A stretch of DNA of 64,000 nt from assembly GCF_030144855.1 (NCBI RefSeq), contig NC_082706.1, positions 33,604,001 to 33,668,000 on the forward strand, in the 5' to 3' direction. Below, one piece after another: positions 51,891 to 64,000 of this stretch. Each line of letters opens with the position of its first letter. Within the stretch, counting starts at the first letter, position 1. Source of the stretch: Hypanus sabinus. Lineage: Eukaryota. A program made the position numbers and the translations under genes. The notes beneath the pieces were generated by a model that was not told where the DNA came from, made no database searches, and saw only the letters and a program-made list of their open reading frames with translations.

Positions 51891-52106
51891 AAGCACAAGG
51901 GATCCTGCAGATGCTGAAAATCCAGAGCAACTCACAAAATGCTGGTGGAATTCAGTAGGTCAGTCAACATCTATGGAACTGAATAAACAACTGACATGTT
52001 AGTGTCCTGATGAAGGCTCTCGGCCTAAAATGTTGACTGTTTATTCACTTCCATAGATGATGCCTGACCAACTGAGAGTCCTGCCCACAATTTGTATGTG
52101 TTGCTT
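51891..52106. mobile_element. Palindromic Penelope-derived insertion with 14 bp TSD
   Basis: TGAGCATAGATCAG at 51877-51890 and 52107-52120; inverted arms around a hammerhead-like core at ~52004-52037. Confidence 0.85.
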
Positions 52107-52369
52107 TGAGCATAGATCAGTTTCAGTTTTTGTTCTGTTGTCCTGTATGGCTTAACCCTAGTTTATCCAGCCTCCCCTTGTACCTGATATCCTCTAATCC
52201 AGGCAGTAAACTTGTGAACTTTGCACACTCCCCAAATCCTTTCTACAATAGATTGACCAGAGTTGCACAAAATACTCTGTGCTGCAGAACCAAGGATTAA
52301 CATAGCTGTAATTTCAGCCGACAACGTCGTGCTCAAGCCACTGGAGCGGGACCTCAAAGTTTGGACTTT

Positions 52370-52710
52370 GGCGGAATGTGCCTGCCCATTGGAGGAATAT
52401 TGAGATTAAGTGGGTATGAAGAGAGAGGATGTGGGGGAGTTTAGAGCCAGAGGCCAAAGTCACAGAATACAAGGATGTTCTTTGGAGCTGTTGTGGAATT
52501 TCTTTAGCCAGTAGGTGGTGACCCTGGGGAATTTGTTACCACAGATGGCTGTGGAGGCCAAGTCTTTGGGTATATTTAAAGCAGGGGTTTAATGATTAGT
52601 AAGAATGCCAAGATTATGGAGAGAAGGCAGAGTGAGATTTGAGGGGGTAATGAAGTAGCCATAATGGAGTGGCAGAACAGACTCAATGGCCTGAATCTGC
52701 TCCTATAATA
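52370..52710 (+). mobile_element. CR1 3' fragment (decayed)
   Basis: Similar to 35900-36270 (TTTCTTTAGCCAG..GCTGTGGAGGCCAAGTC..TATATTTAAAGCAG). Confidence 0.6.
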
Positions 52711-54964
52711 GACTCGCCATTAGAAGTACATTGGTCAACTGACGTGAGTCAGCATCTTAAGGGAAGTGGAGCAAACGTGAAATCTAATATTTTGAAAACA
52801 GTTTTTAAATTTTGCAATGAAGTGAAGGAGGTAAAATCTGGAAAATAGAACAGTACCATTTTGGTACCTAACATTAACCATCCACTAATCTCCACGCTGG
52901 AACAGAAAACACTATCTAGTGTGTGCAGTAATTCCACAGAATTCTGAATGTCACCTGGCAGAGCATGAGTAAACTTGGCATAGTTTTACCTTTAGAATTT
53001 TGACAGTGAAGAGTTGGTGTGACATATCAAACTCTGGAATGTTTAAACCTGACTGTGAAAGGAGACCTCAGTCACGTTTAGTTGGAAGGAATCAAACCTC
53101 TGACTCAGAAGTGAATGAATCTTGTACTGACCCAAGTTGTTAGGCAGTTCCTCAGTGTTTTATTTGGAGGAAAGTTGTGTAGTTTGCAGGAGCTATTTAC
53201 AGGTGTTTGTTTAGTACTATATGCTTTTCACCTACTAATATTGTCACTGACTTGGAATTATTTTTTTGTTTCACTTTGCAGATATCAGTATAGTCTGATC
53301 AAGCAACATAGAGATGAAAGGAAATAGAACAAGATTAACAATGAGATTTGTGTTCTCTGAAGGTTTTCATTGCTTGTGGTGTGCATAAAATAATTTATTT
53401 TTTGACAAATGTTCGTCATTTTAACAAGTTATAACCAAACTCAAATATACAGCAAAGTAGTCAATGAATGACTCACACGAGGACTGATTGGTAGAGCATG
53501 GACATATTCTTGAATTGCTGTGATTTGAAACCTACAAACTGTATAATTGGATACTCTTGACTCTCTGATACTTGCCTGCTAATGACGAGCCATAATAGTA
53601 TGTCAAATATCATCATTGCTGTGATGGCTAGTGTCATCCTGGGTATTTCTGTCTGGTAGTGAGGAAGAGGGTTTGAAAAGAAAGTCTACTCAAGGTTTTG
53701 GCCAAAGATTGTGAGGAGCAGTAGTCTTAAGTAATACATTTGTTAACTGCACGATCATACAACATTAATAGTAGAATCAATCTGTGTTTAAGTGGTCAGG
53801 AGATAGTGAGCTTCTAGGGCAGCCCTATTAATGGAGGATATTGAACTGCATTGGAAGGAAGCAATTTGGTATTGATAGCAAAATTGTTGTAAAGGGCTAG
53901 CAAAAGCATATGAAAGCACATGGGTCAGACTAAAAGTAGGATGAGGAATGAGCTAAGGTTGATTTTTAAAATTGTTTTCAGCTGAATTTAATATAATTTA
54001 AAGGAAATTTCCTATTAGAGATCCATAAAACATTTCTTGTAATTCAGATTAACTATAATAGCAGTTTAAAAAACTTTGAGTATACCAACCCTGAAGATTC
54101 TACGTTTTATAAAAAGTAACTTCAAGCGGCTCTGAATTCTGTTCATTAATTTAGAAAAAGGTTTGTATCAAAGTGGTATGAAAAGGAACAGTTTTTCACC
54201 TGTTCTTTTTGACTTAAATTCAAGGTCACAGAATAAATGTTTAAACATGAGGTTTAGAGTGTAGTCATCAATCTGAAATATTAAATAAAATGCGAGGGTG
54301 GAAGATGGGGAATAAAGTAAAACGATTTCATAGTTCTGAGAAAAGGTTAACCCATGCTGTCTGACCTGCTGAGTATTCCCAGTATTGTCTATTTTTGTTT
54401 CAGTTTTCCAGTCACAGCAGTTCTTGACATGAAGTATTAATTGGGTTTCTCAATAGGTATTTCCTGACCCACTGAACATTTACAGTGTTTTCTGTTTTAT
54501 GGCACGTGGAAGTCACCCTTTATATCAAAGTACAACACTTCTAAATTTGGTAGATTTTTGTTTTAAAGTTCCACAAATCCATTCCCATCATAAATTGATG
54601 GCTACATTTTGAATATTATTTTAATTCCCAGAATATTCTCCACTAACTGCTGCTACACTGTAAAGTGCAGATGTTACTGGATGACATCTAAATTCATGAA
54701 TTATGAATGCTGGATTCATTTAGGGAAACACATTCAATTGCAATTTGGGGAAAAGTGAAGAATATTTCAATAATTAGGAAATCCATGCTTTTGAGAGAAT
54801 TGGCTCTTGAATGAGTTGTTACAGTGTGGAAGAAGAGAGTGGAAAGAGGTTTAAAGTTGAGTACGGTTGATAATTTGTGATCCATATAAACTGCTTGAAC
54901 ATCTGTACTAAAGAAGTTGGCTTTTTGCTCTGTTTAATTGTGTCCAGTGAAAGGATCTAAACAG

Positions 54965-54968
<4 letters not shown>

Positions 54969-55034
<66 letters not shown>
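54969..55034. repeat. (AC)n microsatellite, about 33 units
   Basis: Directly visible. Confidence 0.98.
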
Positions 55035-55037
<3 letters not shown>

Positions 55038-56749
55038 GATAATGAAGTGGGATGGGAGAGGTTGGTGTGGGAAAACACGTTAGAATTGTAGAATGAACTT
55101 ACAAAGGAGCAACTGATGTTTTCTGAAAATTCGAATTGGGAATGAGTCATCATGAGCACAGTTGTCAGTGAGTTTGTAGTGACATTAAGGTTCTTTTCAA
55201 GAAGATTGACCTTTCCATTTCAAATGGGTCAATGAAGAGTGGCACTGTTTTGGTGATTGTGGACTTGACCCGAGGATTTAGTATATGCAGGATGTCTGTA
55301 GTTGGGACATCCTGTAGAGTCTGTAGGGTTCTTGGAAGTGGGTAGGTGTGCAGCTGGAGTTGGAGTCCAGAGTGCTTGTATATTTAATTTGTCAAGCTGA
55401 AACTAACATGCATTAGTTCATTGCAGCCTTTTATTTTAGATGTCATTTGCTTTAAAATGGTGCCTGTTTTTTTTCTAATTTGCAGGCAGTGCTTGCTACT
55501 CCCTATCCCTCATGAACAACAAAACCTTTATATTATTTTTCTTTTTTTTACTATCTTAGTAGTTGATATAATCAAAATCCATTTTGTTTTATTCTTCTCA
55601 GCCCAAGATGGCATAGCTTGATGGCAAACAGAAGAATGGCCTTTCAGACTAGATACTTAAAAAAACCTGATGAAACATGGCAATTCACTAATTAGTTCAG
55701 TAATGAAATACTCAGTTTATAAGACCATACACATGTCCTGTTTAATGTAACAGTGCATATTTGGAGCAGTAGCAATATATTTTATAACAGATCTTTGGGC
55801 TTTTGGGGTGTTCTGGTTAGGTGAAGATGTCAGGCTACTCGTAAACTGGCTGTGCATAATGAAATTTAAGAAAGACTTGTGTGAGACATTAAGTGAGCTG
55901 AACATAAAAGAATGGTCCCTGCAATATTAACCTCCTCTTGTTTTTCTCATTTTGTCATATTCTATGCTTATTCGTTTCATCATGTTTTCCTGCAAGTCAT
56001 TTGCCCTTGTGTGGTCACTTGTCTGTCTGCTGCCCAGCCACTTGCACTCTTCCCTTTCTGTTCACCCCTCCCAAAAAGAGAGTTGATTACTCAGTGGAAA
56101 TACTTTGTTGAAATTCCCACAGTTTACATCTGGAGGGACTCCATATAAATACTCTTACTACAGTTAATAAATAGGTCAAAGTTTGAGGATCCTATAGAAA
56201 GTGCCTGCCACCTGAATCCAAAAAAGGTTTTGTGCCACTGTCAGGGAATGCCAAGATGAGTACTCGGCCAAGATGATGAGTACTTGCTTAGAATCAGTGC
56301 TGTGCACAGCATCCATGAAAAGTTTTGAAAGAGCTTGGCTGTTCTCAAAATCAATATCCGATTTTTTTTTTAGGATGAGAAAGTAGGCACTTGGAAAATG
56401 CAAAGGATTTCATACTATGGTGCCTGAGTGAATGCCATTTTGTAATGAGAATGTAATCTGATTTGCAGATGATTGTTGTAGAAAAATATATACTATTAAA
56501 TGGAGAAGCCAACCCTATGTTACTTAAAAATAGCATTGTGAAATCTTTTTTTTCTAAAGCTGGCTGTTAAGTATATTGCCAATTTAGATTGTGTGTGCCG
56601 GCTTCAGTAGTTGGACAAGTCACAGAAAGTTCCTTTAGCTTATCAATATGGCCGACCTCCAGAAAGACCTTGATAAAAGCTGACATGTTGGTCTTGTGAG
56701 CAGACCCTTGTCGCCTTGTTTACCTTCATAAATGTAATTAAAGTAATTG

Positions 56750-57220
56750 ATCACTGTCTGGTATGGGGTGTTGCTACTGCACAAGATCGAAAAGAGCTAC
56801 AGAAAGTGTAAAATTAGTCAGCTCCATCTTGGGTACTCGTCTCTGTAGTATCCAAGACATCTTCTAAGAGTGGTGCCTCAGAAAAGTGATGTCCATTATT
56901 AAGGATCCCCATCACCTAGGGCATGCCCTGTTCTTGTTGTTAGAATCGGGTAGGAGGTACAGAAGCCTGAAGAGACACACTCAGCGATTCAGAAATAGCT
57001 TCTTCCCCTGTGCCACACAAGGACATTGAACCCATGAACATTATCTCACTTTTTAAAAATGTATATTATTTATGTTTTTGCACAATTTTTAATCTAGTTA
57101 ATATACATGTATATCTTAATTGATTTCCTGATTCTTTTCCTTTCAATATTATCGTTTATTGCATTGTCTGCTGCCGCTAAGTTAACAAATTTGATAATAA
57201 ACCTGATTCTGGTTCTGACA
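56750..57220 (+). mobile_element. Rex1/Babar LINE 3' fragment
   Basis: Homologous to 20845-21360, including the AATAAACCTGATTCTG tail. Confidence 0.8.
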
Positions 57221-57382
57221 TGAATCACAAGCTCTATACATCCATGGAGAAAGAAACAGTCTGACCAGTTGAGCTGCATTTTTTATTTTTAAATTAAAAT
57301 TAAAAGTATCCACAGTTAAGATAAATTTGAGATTGACAGCACAGTTACTCTTCCTGGTGTTCAGCCAATAGTTATTTTTCAT

Positions 57383-59456
57383 TTCATTTTTCAATCTTTT
57401 TATTGATTTTCAAATAAAGAATATACAAATCAGAGGAGGAGTTTAGCAAACAGATTATATGAAATACATAAACAGCAATAATAAAAACAAAGTATATAAT
57501 GTCAAAATCAAATAGGTAAAATATTACGCTGTTATATACAATGGTCAAAAAAACCCACTAACTAAACTGAAACAAAAAAAAGAGAAAGTAAAAAAGAAAG
57601 ATTGGGCAGTCCAATTGGGGATAACATTTTTTTAAAAAGGAGAAAAAAAACATCCTTCCAGTCATCTCCGAACCTTCACGGATAAGGATTTTCCCCAAAG
57701 ACAATAAAGAAAAATAAATAAATACAAATAAATTAAATCATGTGAAAGTATTGAATAAAGAGTCGCCAGACTTGTTCAAAATTAAAGGATGTATCAAATG
57801 TCTGGCTTCTAATTTTTCCCAAGCTTAGACATGACATAATGGAGGAGAGCCAATAGAAAACAGTAGGTGGGTTAGATTCTTTCCAGTGTAGCAAGATAGC
57901 TCTCCTAGCCAGTAAAGTTGAAAAAGCTATCACGCGTTGGGCGGAAGCAGACACCTTGCTTGCTTCCTCTAGAATAATCCTAAAAATTGCTGTAAGTGGA
58001 TTAGGTTGAACATCCACATCTATAACTTCAGGTTATATTCCGAACACATCCCTCCAAAAATTGTTTAAACTTACATATGACCAAAACATATGAATAAGAG
58101 AAGCCACTTCTGCGTTACGTCTGTCACAAATAGGGCTTATATTAGGAAAAACATGCGCCAATTTATCTTTGGACATATGGGCCCCATGTACTATCTTAAA
58201 CTGAATTAAGATATGATGTGCGCAGATAGATGAATTATTGACTAAATAATAAATTTTACTCCATTGATTATCTGAAAGTGAATGTTGAAGTTCTACTTCC
58301 CAGGTACGTTGAACCCTTTCATTAGGCAACATGCGAGCATTCACTAACTGTTTATAAGTGATAACTATTAATTATTTTTGAAAAGTTTTAAACTGAAAAA
58401 TAGCATAAGCCAAATTTAAAGAGCAGGCTGAGGGGTAATTCGGTAAAAAAATCACAAAAAATTCCTAACCTGTAAATATCTGAAAAAATTGTATTAGAGA
58501 TATCATATTTATCCATTAACTGTGAAAAAGACATTAAACAGTCTTGTAAAAACAAATCTAAAAAAGTTTTTATTCCCTTAATTTTCCATGTTAAAAAAGC
58601 CTTATCCAAAGTTGATGTTTTAAAAAAGAAATTAGAATAAATATTACTAGAAAGTAGAAAATCATTTAATTCAAAAAATCTACGAAATTGAAGCTAAGTT
58701 TTTAAAGTAGGGATTAGGGATTCTAATTCTATGCAGGGTATTAGGAGAGGGGATAAATTACATAAGGTTTCGTTATACGCGGACGATTTATTAGTTTACA
58801 TTTCAAATCCTAGGAAATTATTTCTTTTATGTTATATATATTTATGGAATTTGGTATTTTTTCTGGATATAAACTTAATTTACATAAAAGTGAGTTGTTT
58901 TTATTTATAATTATTCTGATTATTATGATAAAATACCTTTTAATATTGCCAAAAACCATTTTATGGTATCAAAATTACTAAAAAAAATTTTAAGACCTAT
59001 ATAGGTATAATTTCTTCCTTTTAGTTGAATATACTCAACAGGCGCTTTCTAAATAATCACCTATGTCGATGTCATTGATAGGTCGAATAAATGCTATAAA
59101 AATGGTTACTCTACTGGAATTTTTATATATATTTCAAGCAGTTCCCTCTTTTGTTCCAAAAACATTTTTTGATAAAATAGATTCTCTGATTTTTGTCTTA
59201 TGTTTGGAATAATAAGAGCTCTAGAGTGAATAAACTTTTATTGCAAAAATAAAAAAAAAGATGGAGGACTGGCTTTACCAAACTTTAGATTTTATTATTG
59301 GGCAGTTAATATTCGTTATATTAATTTTTGGATTTATGATATAGACAACCAACACAACCTTCATGGTTACAGTTGGAGGAAAATTCAGTAGTGGGGTTTT
59401 CGTTAGCTTCTTTATTAGGAGCTCCCCTTCCATTTTCGCTCTCCAGAATAAGTTCA
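57383..59456 (-). mobile_element. L1-clade LINE with an inverted 5' segment (~58710-59456 on +)
   Basis: Minus strand holds the ORF2 C-terminus (CDRRNAEVASLIHMFWS) and an AATAAA tail; plus strand holds HKVSLYADDLLVYISNP, GYKLNLHKSE and GGLALPNFRFYYWA; 13 bp TSD with 1 mismatch. Confidence 0.88.
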
Positions 59457-60985
59457 AGTTATTTGTCATCTAACACCAGAATCAAGTTTGGGAGTTGGCT
59501 GTGCAGAAATAGATTTGTCTTTTTTTGCATTGCAGCAGCCACTAGATTGGCTATAAAGCCCTTTGGGAGAATTTGTGAGATATGGTTTTGAAAGATACTT
59601 TGGCAGGTCAAGTCTTCCTTCTCTGGCTAAACTCCCATTACAAAAACTGAAAAACAGTTAATGATAATGCTGACTTTATATCTTGTAGTGATGTAAACTA
59701 TTTACTGAATGTTTGTTATGCTGGTCATATTTAGGCATTTATTTTGTAACCTGGCTGGTTAGAAATGTGCCTGCACTACCTTCAGTTGGTTCTCTTGATC
59801 AAGTTTGTCTTGGTCGTAGCACGAATTGCAATCTTTGATACATCACACCATTTATTTGCCTATCATTTTGCTTATTGGATTGTTCAGTCTTCAGACTGTG
59901 ATCATTGCCTCTCATTCCACAAACCCTTTTTTCGGGTTGCTTTCTGTTGATTCTCAGTAATACATAGGAAAACACATTTGAAATATTTTGATCAATTATT
60001 TTGTAAATTTCTGCTCAGTAATGCCAGCATTCATACGAGAGTAAAGAAGCTAATGTATCACATTTCTTTGCACTAAGCTGCCATATAAGGTAATGCTACA
60101 CATCTTTTGGTGATTTGGAAGCTGATGATGTAACCCAGCTTTCTGAGATGCTTTGTGGTGGCACATAGGCTGAGTGGAAATGAGAGATGTGGGTTGAAAA
60201 AGGTCTGGTGTGGAAAGAAACTGTGTTAAAGTATACAAAGCAAATCAACCAGTTTCAATGTGTTTCAGTATCTTTTTAAAGAAAGACAGTAGCGGGGGGA
60301 GAACAATTAAAATGCACAACTTGTGTTAATCTGGGTAATTCTATCTGTAATTTTATAACCTGTACACTATTTGGGTACATCTCCCAGCTTAGCAATTTTT
60401 TTGATTTCCTGTGCAGTATTTTCAGGTTTAGTCTCAGGTCTAAACTCTGATTATATGCAAAACTCTTGGCAGAAGGTGATGTTGAGCAAGTAAGTTTCTT
60501 TAATGTGGTTCGGATGCCGATAGGCATTCATGGAGTCTTGTATGAATTTTACAACTGAACTGGGAAGTTTATGAAAAAGGATCTAGTGCTTTCCCAGTGT
60601 CTGTGACAAATAAACTCTTCTTGGGCTATCAATTTTAACTGACATTTCATTGGCAAGCTATACCAGCTTCAGCCTTGGTTAAAATTGATACCTGTGCCCT
60701 GCTGGAACCCGAGAAGAGTTTACTTGAGAAGTTTATGCTTGGGACATTCCTCTTTTTACCATTGAACCCTTCCTTAGAAATGCACTTGTCTGTTTCACAG
60801 CCTAGGAGATTCCCACTGCCGGCAAAAGTAGAAATTTGACATTTGTAGAGATTTTCATTTAAGAAAGAAACCAAGTTTAATCCCAGAGACCAGTTTTATT
60901 ATAGTTCACAAATGTAGTGCCACAACTGACAGTACTATAGTCCCCTCTAATTGTATCTCCCTTTGCTTTATTTTCTCTTATCCCA

Positions 60986-61071
60986 CCCCACCTTTACTCT
61001 TCTCTCACCCCACCTTTACTCTTCTCTCACCCCACCTTTACTCTTCTCTCACCCCACCTTTACTCTTCTCT
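60986..61071. repeat. 22 bp tandem repeat, about 4 copies
   Basis: CCCCACCTTTACTCTTCTCTCA restarting at 60986, 61008, 61030 and 61052. Confidence 0.92.
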
Positions 61072-61299
61072 TCCACTACCATCTTTCACTAATATAGTTT
61101 CTTAACCCACTCCTTCAGTTTTTGACTCATCAAAATAAAATGTAGACCTAATGAAATATTAACTGGTGTAGCAGCTGTATGCAAATGAAGGTGGGGTTTT
61201 GGAATCTGTTGACAGAATCTGTTAATGGTAGGGCATGGACTTGGAAACACTTTTTACCAATTGAAATATGAAAAGTAGTACAATTAAATTACAAAATAA

Positions 61300-62890
61300 A
61301 TGGGGCAAAAAAAGGAATAATGAATTAGTGTTGATAAGTTCAGGGACTGTTCAGAAATCTGGTGATGGAGAGGAAGAAGCTGTTCCTAAGTTGCTGAGTG
61401 TGGGTCTACAAGTTCCTCCCTGATGGTAGTATTGAGAAAAAGGCATGTGAGGTCCTTAATGGTGGATGCCACCTTCTTCCAACACTGCATTTTGAAGATC
61501 CTTTTGATCATGGGGAGAGTTGTAACTGTGATGGCTGAGTCGACAATCCTTTGCATTGGAGCCTCCATACCAGGCTGTGATGTAACCTGTCAGAATACTC
61601 TCCACTGTATATCTATAAAAATTTACAAGAGTTTACAAGAGTGTTCCCTCCTGACTTCTCCTTCCTGAAATCCACAGTCAATTTCTCGATCCTGCTGATG
61701 TTCAGTGTGAGGTGGTGATTGTTGTGAAACCACTTAACCAGCCCACTCCTTTAATGCCTCCTCATTATCATCTGAGATTTCACTAACAACAGTGATGTTG
61801 TTTGTCAATCTATAAGTGGCATTTGAGCTGTGCTTAACCACAGAAATCATGACTGGAGACAGGGTAGAACAGTGGCCTAGCACACATCCTTCAGGTGCCC
61901 CTGTGTTGATTATCAGTGAGGAGGTAATGTTATTACTGATCAGTACTCCCGATGAGGAAGTCAAGGATTCAGTTGATGAGGGAGATACAGAAGCCCAGGT
62001 TTGGAAGCTTGGTGATTAATACTGAGGGGATAAAGGTATTGAATGCTGAGCTGTAATCAATAAAGAGCAGCCTGGTGTGTATTTTGTTGTTTTATAGCTG
62101 TTCCAAAGTACAATGGGGAGCCAGTGAGATTGTGTGTGACAAAAACCTTTTGTGATGGTAGGTGAATTGCAGCCTGTCCAGGGTAGGGGTGGATTCTAGC
62201 CATAACCAAGCTCTTGTAGCACTTCATTACAGTAGATCAGAATCATATTTATTATCTCTCGACATATCTTGTGAAATTTGTTGTTTTGCAGCTGCATGAC
62301 ATTGCAAGACATACAAATCACAATAACTTACAAAATAAATAGTGCAAAAGATGAAATATAAGATAATGGACTCTTAAATTTGATAGCAGAGGGGAAGGCG
62401 CTGTTTTTAAAACATTGAGCATGGGTCTTCAGGCTCCTCCGCCTTCCTGATGGTAGTAACATGAAGAGGACATGTCCTGAATGATGAGGGTCTTTAATGA
62501 TGAATGCTTCCTTCTTGAGGTGCTGCCTCCTCGAAAATGACCTTGATGGTAACCCTCACCCTAATGCTCATGATAGAACTGGCCATGTCTACAACCCTCT
62601 GACCTCTTACGATCCTGTGCATTGGTCTATGAATCAGGCAGTCAGAATACTCTCGTCATAAGCCTATAGAAATTTGTAAGAGTCTTTGCTGGCATACCAA
62701 ATCTCTGCAAACTCTTAATGAAGTATAGACATTGGTGTGCCATCTTCATGATTGTATTTAGGTCAGGTTAGCTCCTCTGAGATGCTGCCCACCCTTTCCA
62801 TCACTGAGCACTCAATGACAACTGGTATGTGCTCTTCTAACTTTCCTTTTCCGAAGTCCATGATCAATTCCTTGGTTTTGATAACACTGT
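61300..62890 (-). mobile_element. Two consecutive Rex1/Babar LINE fragments
   Basis: SSLIINTGAPEGCVLG and KVASTIKDL on -; a second 3' tail starts at ~62238. Confidence 0.75.
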
Positions 62891-62924
62891 GTGCAGAATC
62901 AGTTGAACTCTTTTAATTTTTTTT

Positions 62925-63500
62925 GGTGTCAGCACTTAACAAGACTTTTGTCAAGGTCCTGCATAGTAGACTGGTTGGGAAGATGAGATTATATGGGGAT
63001 CTGGGTGAGCTAGACAATTGGAAACCAGATGACCTTGGTGGGGGTAGGGTTAAGAGTGGTTTTTCTTGATGGAAAGCATGAGACCAGTGTTGTGGTGCAG
63101 GCACTGGTGCTGTGTCCTCTGTTGTTTGTCATGGAAATAGTTAATGATTTGGATGAGAATTTAGGTGGTAGGATTAGTAACTTAGCAGGTGACTCCAGAA
63201 TTGAATGTAATGGAAGTGGAAACACAGGTAAATAAGGTTCCAAGATGACACATGGGGCACTTGTCTTAATGGATTGGACATTAAGTACAAAAGTTGAGAC
63301 ATAATGATACAGTGTTAAGACGCTAGTAATATCACACACCACATGGATGTTGCTGGGAATGGAAGGGTTGAGTTATAAGGAGATAAAGGATAGGCTGGCA
63401 CTTTTTTACTTGCAGTGAAAGAGCTAAAGTGATGATTACAGTGAGGTTTATAACATCATGAAGGGCATAGAAAAGGTAAATGGTGTCAGTCTTTATCCTA
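62925..63500 (+). mobile_element. Highly decayed CR1 RT fragment
   Basis: NKTFVKVLHSRL, VLCPLLFV..NDLDENLGGRISNLAGD. Confidence 0.65.
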
Positions 63501-63504
63501 AGTG

Positions 63505-64000
63505 AGGTCAAGTCAAGTCAAATCAACTTTTATTGTCATTTTGACCATAACTGCTGGTACAGTGCATAGTATTAAAATGAGACAATGTTTTTCAGGACCA
63601 TGGTTTACATGACACAGTACAAAAACTAGACTGAACTACGTAATAAAAAAAAAACACAGAGAAAGCTATGCTAGACTACAGACCTACACTGGACTACATA
63701 AAGTGCACAATAACAGTACCGGCATTACAATAAATAATAAACAGGACAGTAGGGCAAGGTGTCAGTCCAGGCTTCGGGTATTGAGGAGTCTGATAGCTTG
63801 GGGGAAGAAACTGTTGTGCAGTCTGGTCGTGAGAGCCCAAATACTTCAGAGCCTTTTCCCAGACGGCAGGAGGGAGAAGAGATTGTATGACGGGTGCACG
63901 GGTTCCTTCATAATGCTTTTTCCTTTGCGGATGCAGCGTGTAGTGTAAATGTCTGTGATGGCGGGAAGAGAGACCCTGATGATCTTCTCAGCTGACCTCA
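63505..64000 (-). mobile_element. Rex1/Babar LINE 3' end, runs off the window
   Basis: (GTCAA)n tail and TTTATT on +; the minus strand reads IMKEPVHPSYNLFSLLPSGKRL. Confidence 0.8.

Noticed and set aside
54908-55159. CV-repeat ORF
   Set aside because: Translation of the (AC)n microsatellite.
43131-64000. Further NSD3 exons (PWWP1 and beyond)
   Set aside because: No GDLVW/PWWP-type sequence recognised; a short, poorly conserved exon 3 could have been missed.

Overview
Vertebrate genomic DNA, probably a cartilaginous fish such as a ray (inferred from the repeat families and the NSD3 sequence). The only host coding sequence recognised is the first coding exon of NSD3/WHSC1L1 (42450-43130, +). 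Its CpG-island promoter lies at about 32050-32520 and carries a duplicated ZNF143/THAP11 + CCAAT module. A second CpG island at about 1650-2045 carries a minus-strand splice donor and is probably the first exon of the divergent neighbour, which would be LETM2 by synteny (not proven from sequence). Most of the rest is decayed transposons: CR1, Rex1/Babar, L2, L1, an R4/Dong RLE LINE, Penelope, Gypsy (one internally deleted element plus solo LTRs), hAT and Tigger-like DNA elements and a V-SINE, often nested. The most interesting observations are Penelope-derived short repeats carrying decayed minimal hammerhead-ribozyme cores (several are palindromic insertions with 14-15 bp TSDs), an overlapping uORF at the NSD3 start, an L1 with a twin-priming 5' inversion, and an R4/Dong LINE with insect-like motifs. 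Repeat boundaries without TSDs are approximate and family calls come from motif recognition, not database searches.
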